Shown here piece after piece: positions 47,494-57,628 of a stretch of 64,000 nucleotides of DNA. The number at the start of each line of letters is the position of its first letter. The stretch's first letter is position 1. The DNA comes from Bacteriovoracaceae bacterium (GTDB lineage: Bacteria; Bdellovibrionota; Bacteriovoracia; Bacteriovoracales; Bacteriovoracaceae): assembly GCA_018649885.1 (NCBI GenBank), contig JABIHA010000087.1:1-64000 (forward strand), read 5' to 3'. The notes below the pieces were generated by a model, which was given only the letters and a program-made list of their open reading frames with translations, searched no databases and had not been told where the DNA came from. The position numbers and the translations under genes are program-made.

Positions 47494-48690
47494 GTGAAGT
47501 TACTATTTTTCATAGCATTACTAATGCCCACTATCGCCCATGCCAGACCTGAGTACGCCGTTCGTGAAAAACTGACTTGCATTAATTGTCATGTAAACCC
47601 CATGGGCGGAGGACACCGCAAGATATTTGGGAAGGTATTTGGTTCAAGGGGAAAGGGCCTTGCTCTTAGCACTTCAAGTGATCTCTACTATGGTGACATG
47701 AGATCAATATTTGTCAGACGTGAGGGAGATAATAGCGAGGGCGTAAATGGTCTATCTATTATGACTGCAGCTGGCTCACTCAATATTCCAGTCATTGAAG
47801 CGGGAGAGCACAATAAACTTAATACTAATGTGGTTGTCTCTCACGATTTTGGAAAACTCTCATCAGGTACAAAAAATACCTATCTCCTTTTTTCAGATCC
47901 AGAGCTTGAAGGGTTTTTCACCACGGCCATGTTTGGAAAATTCCCACCGCCCTTTGGTCTTTTCACTGATGAGCACCGGACCTATACAAAACTTCAAACC
48001 ATGACTACTTGGAACAGAGATTTTTCCATGGGTGGAGTGATCTCAGGTGATCCCTTTGAAGTAACCCATTACGACTTGGCCGTTACAAATGGATTTAGAA
48101 ATACCACCTTCAACACCGATGATGAAACCTACGCCGTAATTGGAAACCTTAGGTGGAACCCAAACTCTCTTCCTTTTTTACTGGGGGCCAGCTGGATTTC
48201 TGAATACACCAGAATGAAATCACAGGGAAGATCCCCCTATGGGTGGAGTCTCTATAGTGCCATTGATCTCCACTCCATCACAGATAAAGTGGTGCCACTT
48301 TCTATTTTAGGCGAAATCGTTGACGCCAGATTTTATAATACTGATCGAAATTCTAATATCTCCGCCAAGTTTATCGATGTCACTGCTAACCAAGCTTATC
48401 GTGATGCCGTCAACAATCAATTTTCAAGGGGGTATTACCTTCAGCTAAAATACGAAATCCTTCCTACTTTGCAATTAAATTATAAGTACGATTTACTGCT
48501 ACTGAGCAGAAGCTATAAAGATGATGGCTACTTTAGACACGGCATCGGGGCCAGGTATCAATTTGGATCAAACCTCTCACTGACTGCTAGAGTTGAAAGG
48601 GCCCGCGCCAAAAGACCTGGACTTAATCAAACGGGAACTCTTTGGGCCGATACTGACGGATTTTTTGCCTTTCTTAGGTTCTGGCTCTAG
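47494..48690 (+). CDS. Monoheme cytochrome-porin fusion (Cyc2-like architecture)
   Basis: Signal peptide ending AHA-; RPEYA..CINCHVNP.GGG..FG at the mature N-terminus; beta-strand-rich C-terminus ending AFLRFWL. Confidence 0.75.
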   Translation: MKLLFFIALLMPTIAHARPEYAVREKLTCINCHVNPMGGGHRKIFGKVFGSRGKGLALSTSSDLYYGDMRSIFVRREGDNSEGVNGLSIMTAAGSLNIPVIEAGEHNKLNTNVVVSHDFGKLSSGTKNTYLLFSDPELEGFFTTAMFGKFPPPFGLFTDEHRTYTKLQTMTTWNRDFSMGGVISGDPFEVTHYDLAVTNGFRNTTFNTDDETYAVIGNLRWNPNSLPFLLGASWISEYTRMKSQGRSPYGWSLYSAIDLHSITDKVVPLSILGEIVDARFYNTDRNSNISAKFIDVTANQAYRDAVNNQFSRGYYLQLKYEILPTLQLNYKYDLLLLSRSYKDDGYFRHGIGARYQFGSNLSLTARVERARAKRPGLNQTGTLWADTDGFFAFLRFWL

Positions 48691-48697
48691 CTCACTT

Positions 48698-49057
48698 CTA
48701 GGACTTAAACTGTGCCACTTCAATCCAGTTGCCATCAAAGTCTTTGATCACTTGATAACGATGAACAGGAGTCTCATTAATATCACCGTACATTTCTACA
48801 TTTTTTGCAGTAAGCTCAGCTTTTGATTTTTCAATATCATCTACTTTTAAAATGATCGCCGTCTTACACTGTTCAAAGGCAACAACAGCTGGCTTGTATC
48901 CTTGATGGATAGTGAAGAAACAGCCCTCATTTTCCATAATTAACATGCCAAGCTCACTTGAGAGATCTGCCTTAACCTTTAGGCCTAAGGTATCGATGTA
49001 AAATGCCCTGGCCTTATCTAGGGTTGTTACATGAATCATTACTTGGCCGATTGTCAT
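48698..49057 (-). CDS. VOC/glyoxalase-family protein
   Basis: Motifs A..FYIDTLGL and DFDGNWIEV. Confidence 0.85.
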   Translation of the reverse strand: MTIGQVMIHVTTLDKARAFYIDTLGLKVKADLSSELGMLIMENEGCFFTIHQGYKPAVVAFEQCKTAIILKVDDIEKSKAELTAKNVEMYGDINETPVHRYQVIKDFDGNWIEVAQFKS

Positions 49058-49365
49058 TTACGTTTCCTTTGTATTATTTATTTGAGAATTTGATAGCATT
49101 TTAGTTACTGAATATGTCTAAACTTGAAAAAATAACATTATTTTCACAACCCAATAATTTCGAACAGCGAAAAAAAAGTGACACGACAAAACTCAAGTAG
49201 TTGGAGGAAAAACCCGTTTCAAGCGCTGCGCGTCAATAGCATTAATGGCCCGAGCAATGACTCCAAATAGAAAAATATATTTTTATTACAACCAATAATT
49301 TATGATGCCACATACTTTCTACACAATTATTAATGGCATACTTAGAATCAAATTGGACTTAGAAA

Positions 49366-50163
49366 ATGGATTTATTCAAGCTTACAAGACCTTCCTCCAA
49401 AAAAGTGCCCATTCTAATTTCGGCGCCACACTCTGGAGTGGATTTCCCTGATGAAGTTAAAGACAAATTTCAAGATAAATTCACCAAACATCCTGAAGAT
49501 ACTGATTGGTATATTCATCAACTCTACGATTTTGCAGCTGAGCTTGGGATAACTTTGATCAAAGCAAATTATAGTCGCTATGTTATTGATTTAAACAGAC
49601 AAGTCGATTCAAGTTCACTTTACTCTGATGGAAGAAAAGAAACGACTCTACTTCCCGCCGTGACATTTGCAGGAGAGGCCATTTATAAAAATGAAAAACC
49701 AGATCAATCAGAAGTAAAAAGAAGGCTTGAGAAATATTACCATCCTTACTATCAAAAGATTGAAACTGAGCTAGCTTCCCTTGTAGATGAATTTGGAAGT
49801 GCTCTTTTTTTCGATGCCCATTCCATAAAGCGCATGGTGAAGTCCATTCAAGACAAGCCATTTCCTGATTTAATTCTTGGTAATCTTGACGGAGTAACTG
49901 CAAATCCAAATTTAATTTCCACTGCACTCGAGGCCTTGAAAAATAGTGAATATGAAGTTTCTCACAATCACCCTTTTAAAGGGGGGATGCTTACAAGGTA
50001 TTTTGGCAACCCTCAAAACGGTGTACATGCTCTACAGCTAGAGATGGTTCAAGAGATCTATATGGACGAAGATAGTTGTGAGTACTCACTAGAAAAAGCA
50101 AGTTGTGTTCGCAAGACGTTAAGGGCAATGTTTAAGAAATTAATTTTAGAGCTTGAAAAATAA
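49366..50163 (+). CDS. hutG: N-formylglutamate amidohydrolase
   Basis: Motifs SAPHSG, DTDW, SRYVIDLNR, DAHSI, PFKGG and HALQLE. Confidence 0.92.
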   Translation: MDLFKLTRPSSKKVPILISAPHSGVDFPDEVKDKFQDKFTKHPEDTDWYIHQLYDFAAELGITLIKANYSRYVIDLNRQVDSSSLYSDGRKETTLLPAVTFAGEAIYKNEKPDQSEVKRRLEKYYHPYYQKIETELASLVDEFGSALFFDAHSIKRMVKSIQDKPFPDLILGNLDGVTANPNLISTALEALKNSEYEVSHNHPFKGGMLTRYFGNPQNGVHALQLEMVQEIYMDEDSCEYSLEKASCVRKTLRAMFKKLILELEK

Positions 50164-51480
50164 ATGAGGAAAAGTATGAAAGTTTGGAAAGTTGATCATT
50201 TACTTTTAAACAAAGAGTGGCTATCCCCTGCATATATTGAGGTAGACGATGAAGGCATAGTCCAAAAATTGTCATCAACCCCAATTCCAGAAGCTGTGGA
50301 TCTAGAAGGTTATCTGATCCCAGGATTCCAAAACTCACACTCTCATGCTTTTCAATACGCCTTTGCAGGCCTGACCGAAAACCTTAGAGACCATTCAAAA
50401 GATAATTTCTGGAGTTGGCGAGAAGAGATGTACAAATTGGCCCTTTCCATGAGTCCTGACAAAATGAAGGAGGTGGCCACAAAGCTTTACAAAGAATGTA
50501 CTCGAGTGGGTTACACTTCAATTGCTGAGTTTCACTATCTCCATCACGATACCAATGGAAAACCATACAATGACCCAGCTCTTATGAGTTTATGCTTAAT
50601 GGAAGCCGCGAAAGAGGCCAATATCGAATTAACTCTCATTCCCATCTTCTATCAAAAAGGTGGTTTTGGAAAAGACCCTCTAGAAAATCAAAGACGATTT
50701 ATTTCAAAAACTATTGACGACTATTTCCGCTTGGTTGAACAGGTTGAAAAACATGCCAAAAATTACGAAAATGTTAATCACGGTATAGGGATTCATTCAT
50801 TAAGAGCTGTATCCGGTGAAGATATTATAGCTACATTTAAACAAGCTCCTAGCGAGCTTCCAAAGCATATCCATATTGCCGAGCAAGTCGGTGAAGTTGA
50901 GGACTGCAAAGACTTCTATGGAAAACGTCCCGTGCAATGGTTATTTGAAAATAACGAAGTTGATTCCACTTTGCATCTTGTTCATGCAACTCATGTCAAT
51001 GAAGCAGAGTGCAATTCAATTGTGGAATCTTGTGCAAATGTGGTCCTCTGCCCTTCAACTGAGGCCAATTTAGGTGATGGCATATTTCCCCTTACTGACT
51101 ACACTAAAATTCGTGGTGAGTGGTCCATAGGAACTGATAGCCATATAGGCTTAACTCCGATGGAAGAATTGCGCTGGCTTGAATATACTCAGCGCCTGCA
51201 GTCTCGCAGCCGTAACCCCTTATGTGAAAATTCGGGTGATGACAGTGGATCAATCTTATTTCATCAATCCATAAAAGCTGGCCTTAAAGCAATGGGTAAG
51301 AAAGATGGGGATTACTTTGAAATCGGGAAACCATTTAATGGAGTTCTTATAGATAAAAACTCTGCCGTCATTTCGGGTAAACCTCTTAACAAAATATTGA
51401 GCACATTAGTTTTTGCTGGAGACCGTTCAGTACTTAAAGCCACCTTTTGCCGAGGCCTATTGAATGAGGATAAAAGGTGA
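50164..51480 (+). CDS. hutF: Formimidoylglutamate deiminase
   Basis: Motifs NSHSHAFQ, FWSWRE.MY, EFHYLHH, CPSTEANLGDG and GTDSH. Confidence 0.95.
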   Translation: MRKSMKVWKVDHLLLNKEWLSPAYIEVDDEGIVQKLSSTPIPEAVDLEGYLIPGFQNSHSHAFQYAFAGLTENLRDHSKDNFWSWREEMYKLALSMSPDKMKEVATKLYKECTRVGYTSIAEFHYLHHDTNGKPYNDPALMSLCLMEAAKEANIELTLIPIFYQKGGFGKDPLENQRRFISKTIDDYFRLVEQVEKHAKNYENVNHGIGIHSLRAVSGEDIIATFKQAPSELPKHIHIAEQVGEVEDCKDFYGKRPVQWLFENNEVDSTLHLVHATHVNEAECNSIVESCANVVLCPSTEANLGDGIFPLTDYTKIRGEWSIGTDSHIGLTPMEELRWLEYTQRLQSRSRNPLCENSGDDSGSILFHQSIKAGLKAMGKKDGDYFEIGKPFNGVLIDKNSAVISGKPLNKILSTLVFAGDRSVLKATFCRGLLNEDKR

Positions 51481-52217
51481 ATAATTTTTTGCTTCTGATC
51501 TTGATCGTTTCTGGATCATATTGGTTTTTTCGTGAGGACTCCTTAAAGGTAAAAGGAGTTGAGGGCGAAAGTGAGTTTTCTTATATCCTTCATGTCACTC
51601 AGGGAGATAAAAAAAAGAGCAAACTCGCTATGATTGTGGCCCTTCACGGTAATGGTGATACACCAAGTGCATTTTACGATACATTTATGAAAGGTTTTCC
51701 CAGGCCTGCACGCATAATCCTCATTAAAGGACCCATAAAATACAATGGTGGTCGAATCGGTGGAAGTGCTTGGCCCATAAGAAAATCCAGTGAGACAAAG
51801 AAAACGGGAGAAGAAATACATCAAATCATTGAAACATTGAGGTATAGGTATCCAACAATTTCTGATCCTATAGTATTAGGTTTTTCTGGAGGAGCGGTAA
51901 TGAGCTATTACTTAGCGGCCAATTATCCCAGCTCATATTCGTATATTTCCCCCCTATCTGGATTATTAGACTTAAATCTTTTTTCTAACGAAGAACTTGA
52001 ACCGGATACCTCCACCAAAGTGATCGCCTTTCATGGAAAGTCCGATAGCGTATTACATTTTCAAAATGCAAAACAGACGGCAGATAAGTTAGGTGAATTA
52101 GGCCTATACGTGGAATTTAATGATTTTGAGGGTGGTCATACTGGTGCTTTTACAGTGGCCAAGGAAGAGATTTTCCAAAAGTTGGAAGAGGCGGTGGATG
52201 ATCTTGTTTCCAGGTAA
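51477..52217 (+). CDS. Phospholipase/carboxylesterase-family alpha/beta hydrolase
   Basis: Motifs LHGNG, GFSGG, HGKSD and GGH; N-terminal anchor. Confidence 0.8.
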   Translation: MNNFLLLILIVSGSYWFFREDSLKVKGVEGESEFSYILHVTQGDKKKSKLAMIVALHGNGDTPSAFYDTFMKGFPRPARIILIKGPIKYNGGRIGGSAWPIRKSSETKKTGEEIHQIIETLRYRYPTISDPIVLGFSGGAVMSYYLAANYPSSYSYISPLSGLLDLNLFSNEELEPDTSTKVIAFHGKSDSVLHFQNAKQTADKLGELGLYVEFNDFEGGHTGAFTVAKEEIFQKLEEAVDDLVSR

Positions 52218-52441
52218 ATCGTATTCATTATTTTTTTCCAAATCAAGAATATATTATATGTCAAAAAAATAGACACCTCCAAATATTTAATTTTCCAAGG
52301 CATTATGAAAACTCGCAATGCTTTCCAACATTTCTCCATTTTTTAAAATCACAAACATCTTACAATAAATAAAAACTCTATGGTGCTCACAATTTATCGT
52401 AATGAGAATTCATAGAAAACAACTTAAACAAGGAAACTATT

Positions 52442-52702
52442 ATGAAATTTTTAACTTTTGCGATCCTTTTAGGATTATCAACAAGTGCATTTGCAATCGA
52501 AAAAAGTGGTGTTTGCACTGTTCATATGGCAGATGAAGGCATCGTTTTGGCCTCTAAAACTGCTGAACAATACGAAGTAACAGAAGAGAGGACTTTAATG
52601 AGCCTATTAAATGAATATTGTCTCGACGAAAAAGGCAAGCTAGAGCCGGTTCTATATCATTATACAGGTACCGATTATTATTTTATGGACACTCAGAGAT
52701 AG
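52442..52702 (+). CDS. Small secreted hypothetical protein
   Basis: AAGGA RBS; signal peptide ending AFA-I. Confidence 0.65.
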   Translation: MKFLTFAILLGLSTSAFAIEKSGVCTVHMADEGIVLASKTAEQYEVTEERTLMSLLNEYCLDEKGKLEPVLYHYTGTDYYFMDTQR

Positions 52703-52749
52703 GCAACTAACTCATATTTTTTATGTGAAAAGAAACGGTGAGAAAAAAG

Positions 52750-53595
52750 ATGAAGAATTTTCTAATATTTCTATTTTTTCTCACCAACTCATTTAGCGTA
52801 CTAGCCATTCGAAATGGAGTAGTTGTCTCAGGTCATTCATTTCCTACAGTTGGTTACTTAGTTCTTTCTTCGGGAGGATCTTGTTCAGCGACTCTAATTG
52901 CACCAAATTTGATTATAACTGCTGATCACTGTACTGATCACCTGGTGGGAAATAAACAATCTACAGAAATGAAATTTCTTCTGCCCTCAAGTCGCGAAAT
53001 TTTTCAAATCATTTTAACTTACAAATACCCTAGTCCCACTATGTTTAATGACGTTGCACTAATGATTTTAGACCACGATAGCATGGTAAGACCGTCTCCA
53101 TTAAATACGCAGAGACACCCTACAGATTCTTATAAGAATCCTCCTAGGCTGAAAATATTAGGGTATGGGATGACGGGCAATGAGCAAATGGGCCTAGATG
53201 ACCTTTTAGCTAGTAGGAATAGAAGGATAAAGAACGTCATTGAAAATGGAAATTGGGAAGAGATGATCCCCTTAAAATTAGGAGAGGTCCAATTCCAAAA
53301 ATACAATAAAGTTTTTGATATGAACCAGCTAGATGATATTGAACTTCTCATGTATGTCAGTCCTGTTAACGATAGTATATTTTGTTATGGAGACAGTGGA
53401 GGACCTGTTTTTATTGAAAAAGAAGGCCGTCTGATGTTGGATGGAGTTATTTCCCAAATTGTCCAAAATGATCTTTCAAGATCCTCATTGAGCAGTGCCT
53501 GCAATGTCGCTCACCTGGGAGTGGTTTCACCGATAATCAAGCACCGGGATTGGGTGAGTTTCACTTTTTCTCGTTTTCTCGTACGCGGGGATTAG
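52750..53595 (+). CDS. Secreted trypsin-like (S1) serine protease
   Basis: Motifs IRNG, CSATLI, TADHC, NDVAL and CYGDSGGP. Start is 52738 or 52750. Confidence 0.85.
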   Translation: MKNFLIFLFFLTNSFSVLAIRNGVVVSGHSFPTVGYLVLSSGGSCSATLIAPNLIITADHCTDHLVGNKQSTEMKFLLPSSREIFQIILTYKYPSPTMFNDVALMILDHDSMVRPSPLNTQRHPTDSYKNPPRLKILGYGMTGNEQMGLDDLLASRNRRIKNVIENGNWEEMIPLKLGEVQFQKYNKVFDMNQLDDIELLMYVSPVNDSIFCYGDSGGPVFIEKEGRLMLDGVISQIVQNDLSRSSLSSACNVAHLGVVSPIIKHRDWVSFTFSRFLVRGD

Positions 53596-54070
53596 GTATT
53601 TGTATTATGGACTGTAACGACCTAATCTATGTTCTGAAGAAACTTAAATAAAGGGAGTAACAAATGGCCAAGGGGCAAGATAAGGGCGGCAAGGATAAGG
53701 CTAAAAATAAGGATAAGAAAAAGATTGGTATTAAAGAAAAGAAAAAAATAAAAGCAGAAAAGAAAAAAGCTAAAAAATAGTATAGGCTGGCACTGCGTCG
53801 CTTTTTCGATCAAATGTATAAAAATTCATGCTTTAATTCGTTCTGTATTATTCAGTAAACTTGTTGCAATTCGTTTTTTTATGGATAGCTGTCTTATAGA
53901 GTAAGGTGGTTTGAGCTTTGCGTAGATGGTTGCTGAAGCTGGCTCACTTTTTTCACTTTTACCGTATTCTGTGCGGCTAGCTAGGCTCGTGTGTGTCCTT
54001 CTAGCCGAGTTGGGTAACGGCCACGACCTCGGTTCTATAAGATGTAGTGTCTTAGTGCTTGACTTCAAAT

Positions 54071-54095
54071 TGAAACATGCCACCGGCATGTTTCA
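54071..54095. repeat. REP-like perfect hairpin
   Basis: TGAAACATGCC-ACC-GGCATGTTTCA. Confidence 0.75.
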
Positions 54096-54108
54096 TCGAG
54101 GCTGCAGT

Positions 54109-54160
54109 GGCACCAAATAAAAAAGCCAGACCGTAGGTCTGGCTTTTTTTATTTGGTGCC
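54109..54160 (-). terminator. Bidirectional intrinsic terminator after tRNA-Leu
   Basis: AAAAAAGCCAGACC-GTA-GGTCTGGCTTTTTT. The stem extends to GGCACCAAAT/ATTTGGTGCC, which includes the tRNA 3' end. Confidence 0.85.
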
Positions 54161-54238
54161 CAGAACTGGACTTGAACCAGCACGGATCGCTCCACACGCC
54201 CCTCAAGCGTGCGTGTCTACCAATTCCACCACCTGGGC
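54154..54238 (-). tRNA. tRNA-Leu (GAG)
   Basis: Reverse complement GCCCAGGTGGTGGAATTGGTAGACACGCACGCTTGAGGGGCGTG...GGTTCAAGTCC..CTGGGCACCA: long variable arm and encoded CCA. Confidence 0.97.
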
Positions 54239-54380
54239 ATTGATAAAAATAATTACAAAGATCAAAATACTATCCAAACTGGGTTGAGGGTGCCAGCTTG
54301 GGCATTCAATAATTTGAGACGAAATAGTGCCTGATCATGATTTGATTGGCCAGAAAAAATACATTAAATGCTCGCTGTGA

Positions 54381-54767
54381 TTAATCTATTGCTAGATAGT
54401 TTTCGATATCATTTTGATAGTAATTAAGCCGTGAAACAGCTTCATTTAGAAGTGATAGCTTATCTTTGAGAGATGACTTTAAACCGGCCAAATCTTTTGT
54501 CTCTGTAGAGCTACAATTGATTTCATCAATTTTTGACACCAAGTCATCGCTCATCTTGCTTTTGTTAGTTGAAACTTGGGAACCGTCAATGTCGTATTCA
54601 GATAAGAGCTCAGATAGAGGGTCATCACTAAAGGATAATCCCTTGTCTATAAGGTCTCTATAGTCTTTCACATCTGTTTCAAAAAGTCCTTCAACACCTT
54701 CAACTAAGGTACCGTTATCAACGATTTGAAACCTTGCTCTCGACTTATCTGTCGTCGTATTATCCAA
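54381..54767 (-). CDS. Hypothetical acidic protein
   Basis: 128-codon ORF with a TTG start and AAGGAG RBS. Confidence 0.65.
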   Translation of the reverse strand: MDNTTTDKSRARFQIVDNGTLVEGVEGLFETDVKDYRDLIDKGLSFSDDPLSELLSEYDIDGSQVSTNKSKMSDDLVSKIDEINCSSTETKDLAGLKSSLKDKLSLLNEAVSRLNYYQNDIENYLAID

Positions 54768-55072
54768 AAAACACGCTCCTTATGCACTTTCTAACAACGT
54801 CTAGTTTTAACTCTATCAAAGAGCAATAGAGCTTGTAATAAAAATTACTCGCCCCACAACTAGAATTGGTGCACATCCATATTTAACCACTCTGCGGAGT
54901 TAAATGAAATAAAAGTGTAAGTTTTGATAAAAATTACAAATAGTGCCTGCTGCCTTTGCGTATAATAATTTTACTAGCACCTAACATACTGTAATTACAT
55001 GCCGGAAATTATGGATTATCTTCAAATATGTTCAAATTTTATGCATAATAAGGTGTACCCAAGGAGGAGCTA

Positions 55073-55285
55073 ATGGAAAAGAAGAGAGTCAACTGCCTGA
55101 AATGTAAGCACTACTATGTCACTTACGAAAATGCCTTCCCCCGTGGATGTAAGCAATATGGAATTAAAACCTCACAAATGCCATCGGTGGTTGTTCAAAC
55201 TACTACGCCACAAGGGTGTATCGCATTCGAAGAGAAAGCTTCAAAAGATAAGGGACTAGACTTGAATCGGGACGATCTTTGGTAG
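55073..55285 (+). CDS. Small Cys-rich protein (CxxC..C..C)
   Basis: AAGGAGG RBS; NCLKCKHYYVT..P.GC..YG.K....PS..V....C motif. Confidence 0.75.
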   Translation: MEKKRVNCLKCKHYYVTYENAFPRGCKQYGIKTSQMPSVVVQTTTPQGCIAFEEKASKDKGLDLNRDDLW

Positions 55286-56398
55286 GGAGCTCCTCCCCGA
55301 TTGATAAAAATTCTCACCGGGAGAATCTATAATAGCTCCTCCCAAACATTCGTTATCCTTATAAAAAACAACACTTTGCCTTGAAACGATCGCCCTAACA
55401 GGTGCTTCAAAATTAACCTCAATTTTGCTATCATTTAAAGGCTTGACTACACAGGGGATATCACTCCCCCTATATCTCACCTTCGCCATGCACCTCAAGG
55501 GAAGCTCAGGTGCAGGCCCTACCCAACTAACATCCATTCCGGTTAAGGACTGAGAAAATAAGGCTGGATGGTCCCCTCCTCTTTCAACATAGACAGTATT
55601 AGTGTCCACATCCTTGCCCACCACAAACCAAGGTAGTCCAGGCCCTCCAAGACCAAGCCCCTTTCTTTGTCCAATGGTATAGAAGCTCGCCCCAGAGTGC
55701 TCTCCCACAGAAGTTTCATCCAGCGTTTTAAAAGGGCCACGCTTAAAGCTTATGTACTGTGAGAGAAAGTTTTTAAAATTCCTCTCACCGATAAAGCATA
55801 TTCCTGTGCTGTCTTTTTTCTTTGAAGTGGAAAGGCCTAATTCGAGGGCAATCTTTCTAACTTCAGGTTTTTCGAGATCACCTATGGGAAAAACTACTTT
55901 TTCTAAAACCTGCTGTTTCATAGTGTAGAGAAAGTAACTTTGATCTTTATTAGCGTCCAGACCCTTTGCAAGAGTCGATCTGCCATTTATTTTTAAATGT
56001 TGGCAATAGTGACCTGTGGCCAAGTAATCTGCCCCTAGATCCATGGCCATCTTAAAAAATACATTAAATTTAATTTCACGATTACAAAGAACATCTGGGT
56101 TAGGGGTGTGGCCAAGTTTAAACTCCTCCACAAATGAATCAAAAACATTCTCTTTATACTCTTTAACAAAGTCGACACTGTAATAGGGCACATCTAACTT
56201 TTCACAGACGCTCACTACATCACGGTAGTCTGCTTCAGAAGTACAGACCCCATCCTCACCAATTTCTTCCCAATTTCTCATAAAAAGGCCGATCACCTTG
56301 TGACCTCTTTGTTTCAGTAGTGCCAGCGCTACCGAGGAGTCCACTCCTCCGCTCATTCCGACGACTATTGTTGATGGTTTTTTAGGTGAAAAATTCAT
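55256..56398 (-). CDS. mnmA: tRNA 2-thiouridylase MnmA
   Basis: Motifs SGGVDS, TPNPDVLCN, ATGHY, KDQSYFL and DSTGICF. Confidence 0.97.
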   Translation of the reverse strand: MNFSPKKPSTIVVGMSGGVDSSVALALLKQRGHKVIGLFMRNWEEIGEDGVCTSEADYRDVVSVCEKLDVPYYSVDFVKEYKENVFDSFVEEFKLGHTPNPDVLCNREIKFNVFFKMAMDLGADYLATGHYCQHLKINGRSTLAKGLDANKDQSYFLYTMKQQVLEKVVFPIGDLEKPEVRKIALELGLSTSKKKDSTGICFIGERNFKNFLSQYISFKRGPFKTLDETSVGEHSGASFYTIGQRKGLGLGGPGLPWFVVGKDVDTNTVYVERGGDHPALFSQSLTGMDVSWVGPAPELPLRCMAKVRYRGSDIPCVVKPLNDSKIEVNFEAPVRAIVSRQSVVFYKDNECLGGAIIDSPGENFYQSGRSSLPKIVPIQV

Positions 56399-56446
56399 GA
56401 CACCTTTTACCCTGCAATGTATTAATTGTAAAATGATCGTAGTGCT

Positions 56447-57628
56447 TTAGAGGTCGTTTAAAATCCCAGCGACAGCACCGGTAATATAGACAAATGATTC
56501 CCTAAGGGTCCTGAAGTTAAGGGTTTCTGCAAAATCATTGGAGGTGTGATGACGCTTAGTATTAGGGTCGTCCGCCCAGTTTTGTGTAAAAACAACCGAA
56601 GGCAAATGCTCTTCCCAAAAAGCTACTGAGTCTGTAATCCCAAAACCAGATTTCTTGTAGCTAAAGTCTATGGATCGTCCCATTTTTTTCCCGTAATCCT
56701 GCAATTTAATAGCTAGCTTGTTTTCTGCCTCAAAAGATTTTGCACTTGGCCTTTGACCATGAAGTTCCATGTTGAGAAGCTTTTTTTTCTGATCCCTCAT
56801 TTTTGAGTCATAACCGAGCATAATAAGATGAATACTTCCCAAGAATTTTTTGCCTTTTCCTGCTTTCAATTCTTTTGAAAGATTAGAGACAAAGTGGCGA
56901 GATCCGAGAAATCCCAATTCTTGAAAATCAAAGAAGACCACTTTCAAAGTTTTCTTGGGTCTATTTTTTGAGAAAAACTCTATCATTTTTAAAGCAAGAC
57001 TTACTCCTGAGCCATTATCATCTGCTCCCTGACCTTTTTCATTTAAAAGAGGGACCCTCAGGTTTTTATCCACAACTATATTATCGAAATTTGTTCCAAT
57101 CACAAAAATTTCCTCAGGGGTTTCGCTTCCTTTAATTTCCCAAATCAGATTGTGGGCCTTAAACTTTTTGTACCTATCTAAAAATTTGACCATATTAAAA
57201 CTAAAACTCTTCCACCTTTCATATTCCACTGTTCCGGCCATTTTTTGATTGGACTTTTTATAAGCCGCCCAATCACTGCGATACATCTTCTTTGCTAAAC
57301 TAATCTGTGGCACAAATTCTTGCACACTTAATACACCTTCATTTTCAGGGTCAAATGAACTAATTTTTTCCTTAAGGTAATCAATGGCCATTTTGTGACC
57401 CTTAGTTCCAACAGTTCTATTGGGAGAACAGCAATTCACGAACTCCCTCAAAGTTGATTCAATTTTTTTTGAGCTAGAACGCCTTATCATGCTCTTTAAC
57501 TGACTTATTGATTTAATGGGTTTTGACTGTAAAGTCCACGGCAAACAAATGGTGATAATTGAAACAACAAGGTATTTAAAATTTAAACTCTTTGGGGGGT
57601 GTTCTAACAACTTTTCCTTCAGTATCAT
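56447..57628 (-). CDS. M28-family peptidase-like protein
   Basis: Motifs GADDNGSGV, FFDFQELGFLGS and HHTSND. Several metal ligands look substituted (TNFD for HxD). Start is uncertain. Confidence 0.75.
   Translation of the reverse strand: MILKEKLLEHPPKSLNFKYLVVSIITICLPWTLQSKPIKSISQLKSMIRRSSSKKIESTLREFVNCCSPNRTVGTKGHKMAIDYLKEKISSFDPENEGVLSVQEFVPQISLAKKMYRSDWAAYKKSNQKMAGTVEYERWKSFSFNMVKFLDRYKKFKAHNLIWEIKGSETPEEIFVIGTNFDNIVVDKNLRVPLLNEKGQGADDNGSGVSLALKMIEFFSKNRPKKTLKVVFFDFQELGFLGSRHFVSNLSKELKAGKGKKFLGSIHLIMLGYDSKMRDQKKKLLNMELHGQRPSAKSFEAENKLAIKLQDYGKKMGRSIDFSYKKSGFGITDSVAFWEEHLPSVVFTQNWADDPNTKRHHTSNDFAETLNFRTLRESFVYITGAVAGILNDL

Noticed and set aside
53622..54120. ORFs 53622-53813(-), 53826-54089(-) and 53926-54120(+)
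   Set aside because: They are low-complexity or overlap hairpin-rich sequence, with no RBS or motifs.
54109..54238. Genomic island integrated at tRNA-Leu
   Set aside because: No integrase was found and no direct repeat of the tRNA 3' end was seen; only an adjacent inverted copy is present.
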